From positions 1 to 64,000 of the IMG/VR virus record IMGVR_UViG_3300022602_003048: a stretch of DNA of 64,000 nt. One strand, given 5' to 3'. The notes below the pieces were generated by a model. The model searched no databases and was not told where the DNA came from. It saw only the letters and a program-made list of their open reading frames with translations. Positions 29,478 to 38,707 of this stretch are shown one piece after another. Made by a program: the position numbers and the translations under genes. Within the stretch, counting starts at the first letter, position 1. Every line of letters starts with the position of its first letter. Source of the DNA: a virus.

Positions 29478-29717
29478 TTATCGCTTTTCATTGAAATTAC
29501 CACCATCCATCTCAACTACTATAACGTCCTGCTGATCTCTCACTGCTTCTTTCTGCATCTTATCCAGCAGTCGGAGCAATAACAGATTCATATTATGGGA
29601 CAGCTCTTCGGCTTCGTTTATGGGTAATGTTATGACCTTGCTGTTGCTACGCTTGGCCATCTTGACCTTGTTTATGAAATCTTCTAGTATCAGAGTAGAT
29701 ATGTTATTTGTTGACAT
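29478..29717 (-). CDS. Hypothetical protein
   Basis: Coupled ORF. Confidence 0.65.
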   Translation of the reverse strand: MSTNNISTLILEDFINKVKMAKRSNSKVITLPINEAEELSHNMNLLLLRLLDKMQKEAVRDQQDVIVVEMDGGNFNEKR

Positions 29718-30171
29718 TGCTAAGCACCTGTTTAAGCTCTAGCTCCGTCTTGAATGGACCTTTATACTCATATCTCTGTACCGTGATTAGCTTTGGACAG
29801 AAACTACGTACCCATCCTTTTTCAAAACGGATGGCATAGTATCCTGCACAGTAAACGCTCTTGCTAGCATCGCTTTTGGTAAACAGCGGCAGCTTCTTTT
29901 TAACATCATACATAGGGTTATGCGGTTCACAGTTAGTACCAAAACCGTAGATCTCGTTATTGATCTTTATGTCTTCTTTCTTAGAAACAGTGAAGAAGTT
30001 CTTACCAAACTGTTTCTCCAAGGTCTTTAGATCCTTGAATATCGACTTATTGTTCTTGGCTACTAGGACGAACTTGTTAGTTTCGTCTTTCTGTAGAGTT
30101 CCGATGCGTGTTCCTGCGTCTTCGACGATCCAGAACTTGCCATCTATGATTGGTTTAGCTTTTATTTCCAT
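29704..30171 (-). CDS. Hypothetical phage protein
   Basis: GGAG SD before ATG 30171. Confidence 0.7.
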   Translation of the reverse strand: MEIKAKPIIDGKFWIVEDAGTRIGTLQKDETNKFVLVAKNNKSIFKDLKTLEKQFGKNFFTVSKKEDIKINNEIYGFGTNCEPHNPMYDVKKKLPLFTKSDASKSVYCAGYYAIRFEKGWVRSFCPKLITVQRYEYKGPFKTELELKQVLSNVNK

Positions 30172-30175
30172 TTTA

Positions 30176-31141
30176 TCACTCCGGATATTTTGCATTCAGC
30201 GGTTCGGCATATGATTGTGCCTGTTCGCTGATCTTTACTAGATCAAACAATCCACAGAATTTAAGCAGCCTCATGCCTACCTGGTCTACATTTTTAGCTA
30301 CTGATTTCTCAGAAATAGTCTGCTTGATGATGTATTTGATGTCATCTGGCTGATGTTTAAGATCGATCAATCTACGATTGCGCTCATAATCATCGAGCAC
30401 ACGATGTTCTTCACCATTGTGGTCTACCCAACGCTGCAACATCATATTGTTCCAAGCGAATCCTCTATTTTTGCGATCTTCAAATGCTTCTTCGAGTTTG
30501 TTCTTCCTCACCTTGGGATACGCACTAAAAACATTGTCAGTAGGATCACCCCGCATGCATTTTTCAAACAGCAACCATTCGGGGTTAGGGATTACTTTTG
30601 GTTCCTTTGTCTTGTTATCGATGACTATCTTGCCCTTCTTATCGAACACACCTTCGTGTGTAGTCGTCGTCTCTAGCACGCCGTTATACTGCTTGACGTT
30701 CGGAGCAATGAGCTGCACGAAATCGCTGTCTGTAGAGATGATAATATGATTGTCGTTAGGATGATTTTCAATCCAACCTGCGATGAGATCATCTGCTTCA
30801 AGTCTTGGATTCTGCAGGACTGTGCAATTAGTCTTGTCTGTGATGAATTCTTTAAACTTATCAAAGGTCTCCCAAAACAGCCTATCTTCTTCTGCTTCTT
30901 TTTCTGTGAGAGCTGCTCGTGCTTCTGTGCGATTACGCTTATAGGGCGCATAATAGTCTTTGCGCCAGCTGCGTCCTTCTAAGCAGAACACGACATGATC
31001 GCCTTTGAAATCCTGCCAAGCCTTCTTGATGCTAGCCAGTGTAACATGTAGTGCCATGCCAATCTTTATGTCAGCGTCACCTCGCACGACATGTCTAGCG
31101 CGGAAGAAAGTATTAGCTGTATCTACTATGATGTAGTTCAT
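30176..31141 (-). CDS. rnh: T4 RNase H-like 5'-3' exonuclease (FEN family)
   Basis: IIVD..N, SWRK.YY..YK.NR, EADD, STDSD..QL, GD..DN. Confidence 0.93.
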   Translation of the reverse strand: MNYIIVDTANTFFRARHVVRGDADIKIGMALHVTLASIKKAWQDFKGDHVVFCLEGRSWRKDYYAPYKRNRTEARAALTEKEAEEDRLFWETFDKFKEFITDKTNCTVLQNPRLEADDLIAGWIENHPNDNHIIISTDSDFVQLIAPNVKQYNGVLETTTTHEGVFDKKGKIVIDNKTKEPKVIPNPEWLLFEKCMRGDPTDNVFSAYPKVRKNKLEEAFEDRKNRGFAWNNMMLQRWVDHNGEEHRVLDDYERNRRLIDLKHQPDDIKYIIKQTISEKSVAKNVDQVGMRLLKFCGLFDLVKISEQAQSYAEPLNAKYPE

Positions 31142-31455
31142 ATGATCCTGATTTCTCTGTTTGCTTCACCTTCGTTGACAACAGTTTGGCACAATGCACG
31201 GAACCATTTGTCAACGATCTCTTCTTCTGTAACCCCAGTATAACCTGCTTTGCGCAAATCGTCAATGAAAAAGCTGTTCCAATCTAGCTCAAAATAACCA
31301 TCTGCTGGATTAGCTCTATCTACTTTGGTATCTAGGACCCTTATATAAGGTTCTTTACGTGCAGTAGCCATATCTTTTTCTGATATGAGATCTTGGTTTT
31401 CTTTTTTTGGACTTACACTTTGACCAAACATCTTTAAAAACTTATCTAACATCAT
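31138..31455 (-). CDS. Hypothetical phage protein
   Basis: GGAG SD; coupled to rnh. Confidence 0.7.
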   Translation of the reverse strand: MMLDKFLKMFGQSVSPKKENQDLISEKDMATARKEPYIRVLDTKVDRANPADGYFELDWNSFFIDDLRKAGYTGVTEEEIVDKWFRALCQTVVNEGEANREIRII

Positions 31456-31461
31456 GTCTCC

Positions 31462-32316
31462 TCAGGCCAAGCTAGCATATAAATGTATCTGTAGATTCAG
31501 GGTGAATCCATTTTGCGCACAATACTGTGCTGTGTATTCGTGATTTCTTTGATTTGCCTTCATATCGAGCAGACCTTCTTCCCAAAAACTGATGACTTCA
31601 TCTACGGCGCTGCGTTCCTCGATGGTGATATCGTTCTTTGTGCTACGCATCTGCTTGCTCTTCTGTGGCTCACGATTGTAGATGTTCATGGGACTGATAA
31701 ACACCTGCTTGCCACTGCCCACGCTAGCATATTCATGTGCCCAATCTGGGATGCTGCTGTAAGGACTATCTGGATCTGCACTCATGACAAACTTGAGACA
31801 ATCGGCTCGTTCCATAACATCTGCATTGGGACGCAGATACTTGACAGGTTTGCCATCTTTTTCTAGGCATTTAGGACTGCATACCAACGTAGTCGAACTG
31901 GGAATATCCTGCCATACTGTGCCATTGCTTTCAATCTGTGTCCATGCAAAATGATCTTTTATATGATATAGGAAAGCACCTAGGTTTTTTTGCAACATTG
32001 GCTCGCCACCAGTTACTACTAATCCGACTTTTTGGCTAAACCAGTTTGGAATGATATCATCGTGATCATCGAAATAATTGTTTACGACATTCCATATCCT
32101 AGCTTCTAGCTCATCAAAAGATAACCAATCGCCGCCATCAAAATAAGTATCGCAGAAAGAGCAAGCCAAGTTGCACTTGGCAAGTCTAACGAAAACTGCT
32201 GGCTCGCCTCGGTATGGACCTTCGCCTTGGAGTGTGTAAAAAATACTGGTGACAAAGAGCTTATCACCAGCATCATTGAAATATTTTTGTCCGACAATCT
32301 CATTTTTTCCAAACAT
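31462..32316 (-). CDS. queE: 7-carboxy-7-deazaguanine synthase (radical SAM)
   Basis: FYTLQGEG...AVFVRL.KCNLACSFCDT, TGGEP.LQ, IESNG, SPK, LQIH. Confidence 0.92.
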   Translation of the reverse strand: MFGKNEIVGQKYFNDAGDKLFVTSIFYTLQGEGPYRGEPAVFVRLAKCNLACSFCDTYFDGGDWLSFDELEARIWNVVNNYFDDHDDIIPNWFSQKVGLVVTGGEPMLQKNLGAFLYHIKDHFAWTQIESNGTVWQDIPSSTTLVCSPKCLEKDGKPVKYLRPNADVMERADCLKFVMSADPDSPYSSIPDWAHEYASVGSGKQVFISPMNIYNREPQKSKQMRSTKNDITIEERSAVDEVISFWEEGLLDMKANQRNHEYTAQYCAQNGFTLNLQIHLYASLA

Positions 32317-32331
32317 TATCTATGATTCCTG

Positions 32332-32871
32332 TTAGTCTTTAATATAGTGTATTTGTGCAGATCTGTCAAGTCCTCGTTTCCACCACTCCTCCCATGGAAA
32401 CACGATCCAGCAGTCGTCTTCGGCTTTGTTCACTTCGATAGCATAGAAGTCAACGTTTTCCTTGCTGGCTAAATTGTTTACTAGCACTGCTATCTTCACA
32501 CGCTCGTGCCACCACATGTTGCGGTCTGGATCCATCCCAGCTACGCTGCTAAACCAATCATTGCGTATCCAGGCCAATGTATCTCCTGTGTCGTTGATGT
32601 CGTCAACGATGAGGACATTTGTGGCATTAGCGACATCTTCAGGCATCCAACAGTTATGATCGCAATCTATCTCTTCACCGTCACGTAGCTGTACTTTTAA
32701 AGTCTGCATCGGAATACCTAGATAATGGCTTAGCATGACAGCAGGATTGAGACCACCTCGTGTAAGTCCAACAAGATAATCAGGTTTCCAATCGCTCATA
32801 TAAATTTGGCTAGCAATAGAGTTTACAGCCTTTTCTATATCTTTCCAATTATAGTATATCTTGTTGGTCAT
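32332..32871 (-). CDS. Type I phosphoribosyltransferase (Gpt-like)
   Basis: RGGL.PA, VLIVDDINDTGDT PRPP loop, WIVFPWE. Confidence 0.92.
   Translation of the reverse strand: MTNKIYYNWKDIEKAVNSIASQIYMSDWKPDYLVGLTRGGLNPAVMLSHYLGIPMQTLKVQLRDGEEIDCDHNCWMPEDVANATNVLIVDDINDTGDTLAWIRNDWFSSVAGMDPDRNMWWHERVKIAVLVNNLASKENVDFYAIEVNKAEDDCWIVFPWEEWWKRGLDRSAQIHYIKD
32341..32369 (-). promoter_or_regulatory. sigma70-type promoter for queE
   Basis: TTGACA-N17-TATATT. Confidence 0.65.
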
Positions 32872-33341
32872 TTCTTTTCTCCTACGACCATGGATTCTAA
32901 CAGTTTATAATGTTCGTATGCCTTTTTAAGAGCAGCATATTTCTCATGCTTTTCAAAATCCGGAATGATGATCAAGAAACGCTCGCGCAAGATACACATC
33001 GTTTCTGCTAGTTCGTCTAGATCTATTTCATTTTTATCTGTTGATAATTTTGGTTTATCACCACTAATTATTATGTTGGCATTATTATAATTAGTCCAAA
33101 CAGGGCCACTACTGGTTGAAGTGATGAATGCTCCGGTTCCCGACGACAAACCTATAGCAGAACCTACAGCACCGATAGTAACTGTCTGTGGATTTGCTGT
33201 TAGGGGATAACTAGTCCCTCCGCTGGTGACAGATACGGTGCCAATGGGCGGAACAGCCCCATACGAGGTGTTAAAAGTACCAGTTCCGCCTCCTCCTCCT
33301 CCGCCTGCTCCAGTTGCCATTGTGATATTTGTAAATGTCAT
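32868..33341 (-). CDS. Hypothetical protein, Gly/Ser/Thr-rich N-terminus and helical C-terminus
   Basis: Poly-Gly run; coupled on both sides. Confidence 0.65.
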   Translation of the reverse strand: MTFTNITMATGAGGGGGGGTGTFNTSYGAVPPIGTVSVTSGGTSYPLTANPQTVTIGAVGSAIGLSSGTGAFITSTSSGPVWTNYNNANIIISGDKPKLSTDKNEIDLDELAETMCILRERFLIIIPDFEKHEKYAALKKAYEHYKLLESMVVGEKK

Positions 33342-34024
33342 CGTGGTAGATATCCTTGCTGTAGCTTTATGTTCTCAAAGAACTCATTCTTGGTAGCAGG
33401 ATCGCTATAAAAAGCACCGCGCAATACTGTGGTCTGTGTTAGCGAGCTATGTGCCATAATGCCTCGATTCTCACAGCAACCATGCGTGGCTTGTATGTAT
33501 ACAGCAACATCGCTGCTATCTGTTGCCTTCATGATCTCTCTCGCAATATCATTACAAAGCTCTTCCTGGAGTGTTCCACGACGAGCACACCATTGTGCGA
33601 TGCGAGTGTACTTACTAAGTCCGATAAGCTTCTTAGCAGCAATAATGCCGATATAAGATACACCATTTACTGGTTGATGATGATGGCTACACATGCTCTT
33701 AAGCTCGCTGCGCACCACTAGCATACCTTCATAAGGTTCGTTGCTGTTATTTGGAAAGCTAGTAGCATCGGGAGCAGGGTCATATCGACCGCTCATGATC
33801 TCCCTGACATACATTTTGGCCAATCGACGCCCTGTGCCCGTGCTGTTTGGATCATTCTCACGATCGATAACCAAGCTATCTAACACAGCATCAAACCGAG
33901 CATGTAACTCATCAATAAGTGGATCAATTTCTTCTGGTTTTATGTATTTTGAAATATTATCTCCGGCCCAGTAACGGCCCCCGTCTTCTTTTATGCGATT
34001 GCGTATAGTTTCTGAAATGCTCAA
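33338..34024 (-). CDS. folE: GTP cyclohydrolase I
   Basis: SMCSHH, GLSK..R, LQE, H.C..RG, TT..RG.F; TTG start with GGAG. Confidence 0.95.
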   Translation of the reverse strand: MSISETIRNRIKEDGGRYWAGDNISKYIKPEEIDPLIDELHARFDAVLDSLVIDRENDPNSTGTGRRLAKMYVREIMSGRYDPAPDATSFPNNSNEPYEGMLVVRSELKSMCSHHHQPVNGVSYIGIIAAKKLIGLSKYTRIAQWCARRGTLQEELCNDIAREIMKATDSSDVAVYIQATHGCCENRGIMAHSSLTQTTVLRGAFYSDPATKNEFFENIKLQQGYLPR

Positions 34025-34066
34025 TTTTTTTCTCCGATGTTAAAGCAGTGGATTGCTTAAAATATT

Positions 34067-34095
34067 ATTATAGGTTATTTAGGTTCTAGAGTCAA
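34067..34095 (-). promoter_or_regulatory. Composite promoter: sigma70 with TAAATA late box in the spacer
   Basis: TTGACT-ctagaaccTAAATAacc-TATAAT (17-nt spacer). Confidence 0.7.
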
Positions 34096-35188
34096 GAATT
34101 GCTTTATATAAAGCATTACCTTCGAAAAATTCCATACCAGTCCATTTAGCGTGTAGTCTAGCATTTACGTCGGTTGGTTGATTCGTTTCCATCAACCCCT
34201 TGATCTTTTCCATCAGATTGTTCTTGTTCTTTTGATAACTGTCCCAATCTTTAGTCCATTCGCTAGGATATTTCACCCCCGCACCATCCCACATTTCGCT
34301 GTAGCTCAGCCTATCGGGCATCAACGGCAGCGTACCTACCAATGCTCCTTCATAGACGCTTATTCCCAACGTCTCTTGTAGATTAGCACTGAATACCAGC
34401 TTGCTTTCTGCTAGATGCTGATGATATTCGTCTTTGGTTAGGGTGTTTTCCTGTGCTACGAACCATTCATATTCTGGCATAGCTTTAGCTAAGTCCTTGA
34501 ATATTTCCAGCTGCTTCTCTGGTGCCAAGCGATGCGGGAAGATGATTTTTTGCTTTTTATCAACAAACATGTAAGGTTTCAGGATGTCTTTTAGGTATTC
34601 CATAGGCCATCCTACTATCATAATCTTAGGTCCGTTTAGATTTGTCTGTGTGTTCCATTCGTCGAGTTCATCATCACCAAACAACACATCAACCCCAAAA
34701 AGATTACGGAGGAACATGTTAGCATGGAATTGCGTGGCGAAGAAATTATGGTTATAGCAATAGAACATGCTCGATTCAGCATTGCGTACCCAAGGAACGT
34801 CTCCGATTAAACGTCCGAGAAAATCTTGAGGATCATAGCTGCCGGCATGCCACAGCCCTCCGATCTTGATCTCGATTCCTAGCAGCTCGGCCATGTACTT
34901 TAGCTGTATAACAGTAGGATTCCAAGCATCAGTATAGAGGAAATAGTCTCCATTTTTAACAGATCCATTAGCAAATAATTCTGCTATCTTCAGCATCTGT
35001 TGGCTCTTGTAGCTGTTAGTGCCTGCGAAGTTGAGGAACGCACCTGGCGTAGTTGCCTGCGGTACATCTCCGCCTGAGATAATGTAAACATCCAGTCCAG
35101 CATCTCGCATCTGTTGCGGAAGATGATCCTTCCATTGTTTTGTGTAACGTGTGTCAACAGCTTCGAGATCAACTAGATATACTGTCAT
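34079..35188 (-). CDS. GT-B fold (GT4-like) glycosyltransferase
   Basis: HRLAPEK, QETLGISVYEG (ExFG..xE-like), P.RLSYSE. Confidence 0.85.
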   Translation of the reverse strand: MTVYLVDLEAVDTRYTKQWKDHLPQQMRDAGLDVYIISGGDVPQATTPGAFLNFAGTNSYKSQQMLKIAELFANGSVKNGDYFLYTDAWNPTVIQLKYMAELLGIEIKIGGLWHAGSYDPQDFLGRLIGDVPWVRNAESSMFYCYNHNFFATQFHANMFLRNLFGVDVLFGDDELDEWNTQTNLNGPKIMIVGWPMEYLKDILKPYMFVDKKQKIIFPHRLAPEKQLEIFKDLAKAMPEYEWFVAQENTLTKDEYHQHLAESKLVFSANLQETLGISVYEGALVGTLPLMPDRLSYSEMWDGAGVKYPSEWTKDWDSYQKNKNNLMEKIKGLMETNQPTDVNARLHAKWTGMEFFEGNALYKAILDSRT

Positions 35189-35369
35189 CTTTTTCCTTCT
35201 TCTCTCTTATTATGACTTGACCGTTATCCTGCACATCCCACCATAGTTCTGTACCTTCGGTCCACCCCATCTGGCTCAATAGGTCAGGAGGAAAGGGGAG
35301 CAGGAGCTCCCCAGTTTTTGGATCTTCTTCTATTTCTACTATCCAATTAGTGGTGGCGTTGGTTGGCAA
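35169..35369 (-). CDS. AbrB/MazE-like small DNA-binding protein
   Basis: GELLLPFP..LL.QMGW.EG.EL.W pattern. Confidence 0.6.
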   Translation of the reverse strand: MPTNATTNWIVEIEEDPKTGELLLPFPPDLLSQMGWTEGTELWWDVQDNGQVIIREKKEKDDSISS

Positions 35370-35562
35370 GCCAAGTCCTCCGGTCTTCTTTCCAGTTATT
35401 GGTTACACGCTGTCCTCGGCGATAGCGTTCAAAGTGACCATAAGCAGTCCTCGGATCATATAGGTGTGCTTCATTGAACACATGTCCGAATTCTCTACAG
35501 AAATCTCTATAAACGTCGAGCTCGTCAAATATCTTCTTGATATCAGGGTATCTAGCAGCCAC
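35347..35562 (-). CDS. Hypothetical protein
   Basis: AAGGAG SD before GTG 35562. Confidence 0.65.
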   Translation of the reverse strand: MAARYPDIKKIFDELDVYRDFCREFGHVFNEAHLYDPRTAYGHFERYRRGQRVTNNWKEDRRTWLANQRHH

Positions 35563-35572
35563 TATCTTCTCC

Positions 35573-35956
35573 TTAGTTCTTGCTGTACTTGTTGAGGCAA
35601 CCATTTTCGCCATCTTCGCTGACTTCGATCCAGACTTCTCTATCTGGATATCTTGCGATGATTTGATCGTATAGATCATCTGCGATCATCTCGCAGCTCT
35701 TGTAGTTTAGTTGCAGCACTCCTTCTACAGTATAGAGCCTCTGCAACCAACGCTTAAACTGTATGAATTCAACATCTCGATCGTCGTGAAATACCTCAAG
35801 GTATACCTTGAAATGGAAGATATGTCTATGTGGAACACCTAAAAAAGCGACGTCATCCCAGTCACCTGTTGCTAGCTTGGGATCCGTTACTGCTGCCGGG
35901 TAACAATGCACACCTTCTTGTGTGAACGTGACCCAGATCATTGAACTACTTTTCAT
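35573..35956 (-). CDS. QueD-paralogue T-fold protein (DpdL-like, predicted CDG decarboxylase)
   Basis: LGVPHRHIF (LxxxHRHxF) in place of QueD CxxxHGH; SCEMIA; VSEDGENG. Confidence 0.75.
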   Translation of the reverse strand: MKSSSMIWVTFTQEGVHCYPAAVTDPKLATGDWDDVAFLGVPHRHIFHFKVYLEVFHDDRDVEFIQFKRWLQRLYTVEGVLQLNYKSCEMIADDLYDQIIARYPDREVWIEVSEDGENGCLNKYSKN

Positions 35957-36260
35957 TCTTTTTCATTTCCTCAAAATATGTATCGTATGCTATTTTATAA
36001 TCAGACAGCATCTTTTGCAAGACATCAACGTCCTTGCGTTTTATGATAGCATCGTGCCACTTTACACCATCGTACCCAACCGCATATTTTATCGCAGCCC
36101 ATACTCGCTTGTACCAAGGGAGATAGTGGCATGCTTGTACTTCTACGAAAAACTCAGGCATATCATCTGTACCCCAATCGTAGAAACTATAACGTACGAT
36201 GTGTTCCGGAGAGTGACATTCACAATCTAGATGTATTACACATGATTTATCTTCTTTCAT
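35946..36260 (-). CDS. Hypothetical protein
   Basis: CECH..EH possible metal site. Confidence 0.6.
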   Translation of the reverse strand: MKEDKSCVIHLDCECHSPEHIVRYSFYDWGTDDMPEFFVEVQACHYLPWYKRVWAAIKYAVGYDGVKWHDAIIKRKDVDVLQKMLSDYKIAYDTYFEEMKKNEK

Positions 36261-36276
36261 TGCCTTTTCCTTTGCC

Positions 36277-36801
36277 TTATTTGATTATCTTATCTTGACC
36301 ATATACTGACCAATCGTTGAACTTTGATCTATCCATGAGATCGTGTAGTTGATGTACCCAAACTCCAGGATTAGTAGCATCAAAATCCTTATCATCGATT
36401 TTGACACAGGTATTGTAATTCATATTGCTTATATAAGGAAGTTTCACTGATACCTGCAATATGAATTTGTTGTATTCGCAGAGATATGCTATTAGATCGA
36501 GGCTAGCGTTATAATAAGAAACATCCATGTCTAAGGTAACCCATAGTCCAGAATCTAACAAGTCTTTAGCCATACTCTCCCAGATGGTCAATGATTCATA
36601 ATTTGTAGCACTATAACTATGGTTAGCACCTAAATATATGTGATAGCAATCGTGTTCCTTGGCAAGATCTACTAACATTTTAGCATCATGTACACCTACT
36701 ACGAATAGTGTAGGCATACCATGCGCTGGAGTCTTTTCGACTTCTATGCCCGTGAAGAGCACCACATTGCTTTTAGAACCGTCCTGGTATTCTCTCTGCA
36801 T
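36277..36801 (-). CDS. Hypothetical protein within the deazaguanine cluster
   Basis: 174-aa alpha/beta ORF (GIEVE.TP..G..TLFV, HIYLGAN). Confidence 0.7.
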   Translation of the reverse strand: MQREYQDGSKSNVVLFTGIEVEKTPAHGMPTLFVVGVHDAKMLVDLAKEHDCYHIYLGANHSYSATNYESLTIWESMAKDLLDSGLWVTLDMDVSYYNASLDLIAYLCEYNKFILQVSVKLPYISNMNYNTCVKIDDKDFDATNPGVWVHQLHDLMDRSKFNDWSVYGQDKIIK

Positions 36802-36988
36802 CTTTTTTGTTTAAATCCTGAGTAATATTAAACATCTGTTCTTTGAGAAGTAGCTTTTCCTGCTTCATCTTATGAACGGTCTCGTCGTTAGTATAATGAT
36901 TATAAGCTTCTGTTATCTGTTTGTCAAGCAAATCGTGTTTCTCTTGGATCTTCTTGTAGTGTGAAATCAATTTTTCTCTATCACTCAT
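36773..36988 (-). CDS. DUF465/YdcH-like coiled-coil protein
   Basis: H..LD..I......KQEKL.LKEQ pattern. Confidence 0.6.
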   Translation of the reverse strand: MSDREKLISHYKKIQEKHDLLDKQITEAYNHYTNDETVHKMKQEKLLLKEQMFNITQDLNKKDAERIPGRF

Positions 36989-38534
36989 CTACTAACTCCT
37001 CTAGGTTGGTGAGCTTGCCATCATCTAACCCGCTATCATCGCGATGATATTCTGCAGGTTCTTCTATCTCAAAGTTCTTGTTGAACATGGTAGAAGAATT
37101 CACTGTCTTCTTTCCAGTAGCACCGCGTGTTCCAATGACACTGATCCAGAACTTGTTGTATTCTTCAACTAGTTCTAGTGCTTTGTTGCGATCATCAGTT
37201 TCAAATATGCGATCCACTACGTCTCGGAAATACTTCCTATCATATACGGTATTGAATACCATCATGTTAGGGATCACTCCTTGATCATATTGGCGGTTAG
37301 CTTCTTGGACAGAATTGATGTGCATCCACACGTTATGCCCCATCTGTATCGCATAGCTAAAACTATCCCAGCTGGTACGACCTTCCTTGCCGTTCTTGTT
37401 TAGGTCTCCGGGCTTATAGATACATACATCCTTTACTAGAGTGAGATCGGTGATAGGACTATCATTAAACATACTACTCTTTTTGAAGATACCGTCGCCG
37501 TTCACAGCAGTACTGAACTTTCGCTGATCGATGGAATATTTCTTGTCGTCAACGCTGGCTTCCATGCGATAGGTCCACTTTTTCATGTGTTCTATTTCAG
37601 TCTGCGTATATATCTGTCCATTAGCAGTTGCGAGGAACGGACTAGCACAGTCAAAGCTAATGGTTAGCGTGGGATTATGATATTTTCGCACAGCCCGCTG
37701 GATGTCTGTAAGTAGGCATGCCCATTCTAGCTTAGAAGTACCTAGGAAGTGTATCCAATCTTGCTTACCTGATTCTAACAGACCGTCAAAACGAAGGTCT
37801 ACTAACCTCTTTAGCGTTAGATGGACGTCACACATGTTCTGGCCTCCCATAGACCATCCGTTAAAATGTTCATTTGGATAGAGCTTTGGGTCGCTGTATT
37901 TCTTGACCTGTTGATACCAGTCTTCTGCTTCTGTATGATTTTCTCCCTGTAAAACATTTAAAAACTTACAGTTACCGTTGCGATTGCGTATGAAATAATC
38001 ATTATTGATATGGGTAGCATCTACTGCTTCTTGGTATGTGCTGATACCAGTCGCTTTAGCACCTGCAGGACTACGTGCGACCCAGGCCGGTATATCTAAT
38101 ATCATTCCCCAATCCATGAGACCGTCCATCCAAGCAAGAACCTGTTGCCTTTTCTTGCTGGCTTTTGGACAGTTGGGATCTTTCCAGTCGCCTTCCCATA
38201 CGCCCTTACCAATCTGGAATCCACCACTATCGCCAACGACGATGCTTTCACCGTTGCGAGGTCGGCTGCGGAACATATCATCTTTCTCGCTAGCACGGGT
38301 CATGTCTAGATCAGCATGACCTGCTGAATACAGCCCCCATTTATAATAGAAGTAGCCTTTCTCTGGATCAAAGAAATTTAATCCTTCTACTCCGCTAGTA
38401 AAACCTGCGGGCAAGCGGGCTGGATCGACATAATTGCCAAACCGCTGTTTGCCGATAAATGTTGAATAAAACGAACTTACTGCTGGTAAGAATGTTGCAT
38501 AATCATTCTGCGCTGTTGTTAAATTTTTGTTCAT
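36981..38534 (-). CDS. dpdA: TGT-fold DNA 7-deazaguanine transglycosylase (DpdA-like)
   Basis: GDSGGFQ, ILD.P, VLQG, HFLG, SFDC (catalytic Asp); clustered with folE and queE. Confidence 0.82.
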   Translation of the reverse strand: MNKNLTTAQNDYATFLPAVSSFYSTFIGKQRFGNYVDPARLPAGFTSGVEGLNFFDPEKGYFYYKWGLYSAGHADLDMTRASEKDDMFRSRPRNGESIVVGDSGGFQIGKGVWEGDWKDPNCPKASKKRQQVLAWMDGLMDWGMILDIPAWVARSPAGAKATGISTYQEAVDATHINNDYFIRNRNGNCKFLNVLQGENHTEAEDWYQQVKKYSDPKLYPNEHFNGWSMGGQNMCDVHLTLKRLVDLRFDGLLESGKQDWIHFLGTSKLEWACLLTDIQRAVRKYHNPTLTISFDCASPFLATANGQIYTQTEIEHMKKWTYRMEASVDDKKYSIDQRKFSTAVNGDGIFKKSSMFNDSPITDLTLVKDVCIYKPGDLNKNGKEGRTSWDSFSYAIQMGHNVWMHINSVQEANRQYDQGVIPNMMVFNTVYDRKYFRDVVDRIFETDDRNKALELVEEYNKFWISVIGTRGATGKKTVNSSTMFNKNFEIEEPAEYHRDDSGLDDGKLTNLEELVDE

Positions 38535-38707
38535 TCCTTACCCCAATCAATTTTTAACCATATTCTTTCATGTATATAATGAACTGTTGTTAGGATAATA
38601 TGAATAATAATAGCATCACTTATTCCAGTCCACAACGCCGTTATTAAAAGAGCTAAAATTCTATAAGTTATAGCTCTAATAATGGTTCTTTTATGTGTTT
38701 CTATCAT
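38531..38707 (-). CDS. DUF2061-like small membrane protein (58 aa, not in ORF track)
   Basis: MIETHKRTIIRAITYR...YIHERIWLKIDWGKE; ATGA-coupled at both ends. Confidence 0.75.
   Translation of the reverse strand: MIETHKRTIIRAITYRILALLITALWTGISDAIIIHIILTTVHYIHERIWLKIDWGKE

Noticed and set aside
32868-33341. RiPP precursor (Gly/Ser/Thr-rich ORF)
   Set aside because: Lies in the replication/deazaguanine operon far from the rSAM island, has a folded-looking C-terminal domain and no leader/core pattern.
34040-34089. preQ1-I riboswitch upstream of folE (AGGTTCTAG at 34081-34089; small AAGCA/TGCTT hairpin at 34043-34058)
   Set aside because: The motif is on the non-coding strand inside the promoter spacer. 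The sense-strand hairpin has a 6-nt loop that does not fit the preQ1 consensus, though it might still be a minor operator.
35169-35562. Toxin-antitoxin pair around the AbrB/MazE-like gene
   Set aside because: Neither neighbour shows MazF, PIN or RelE features.
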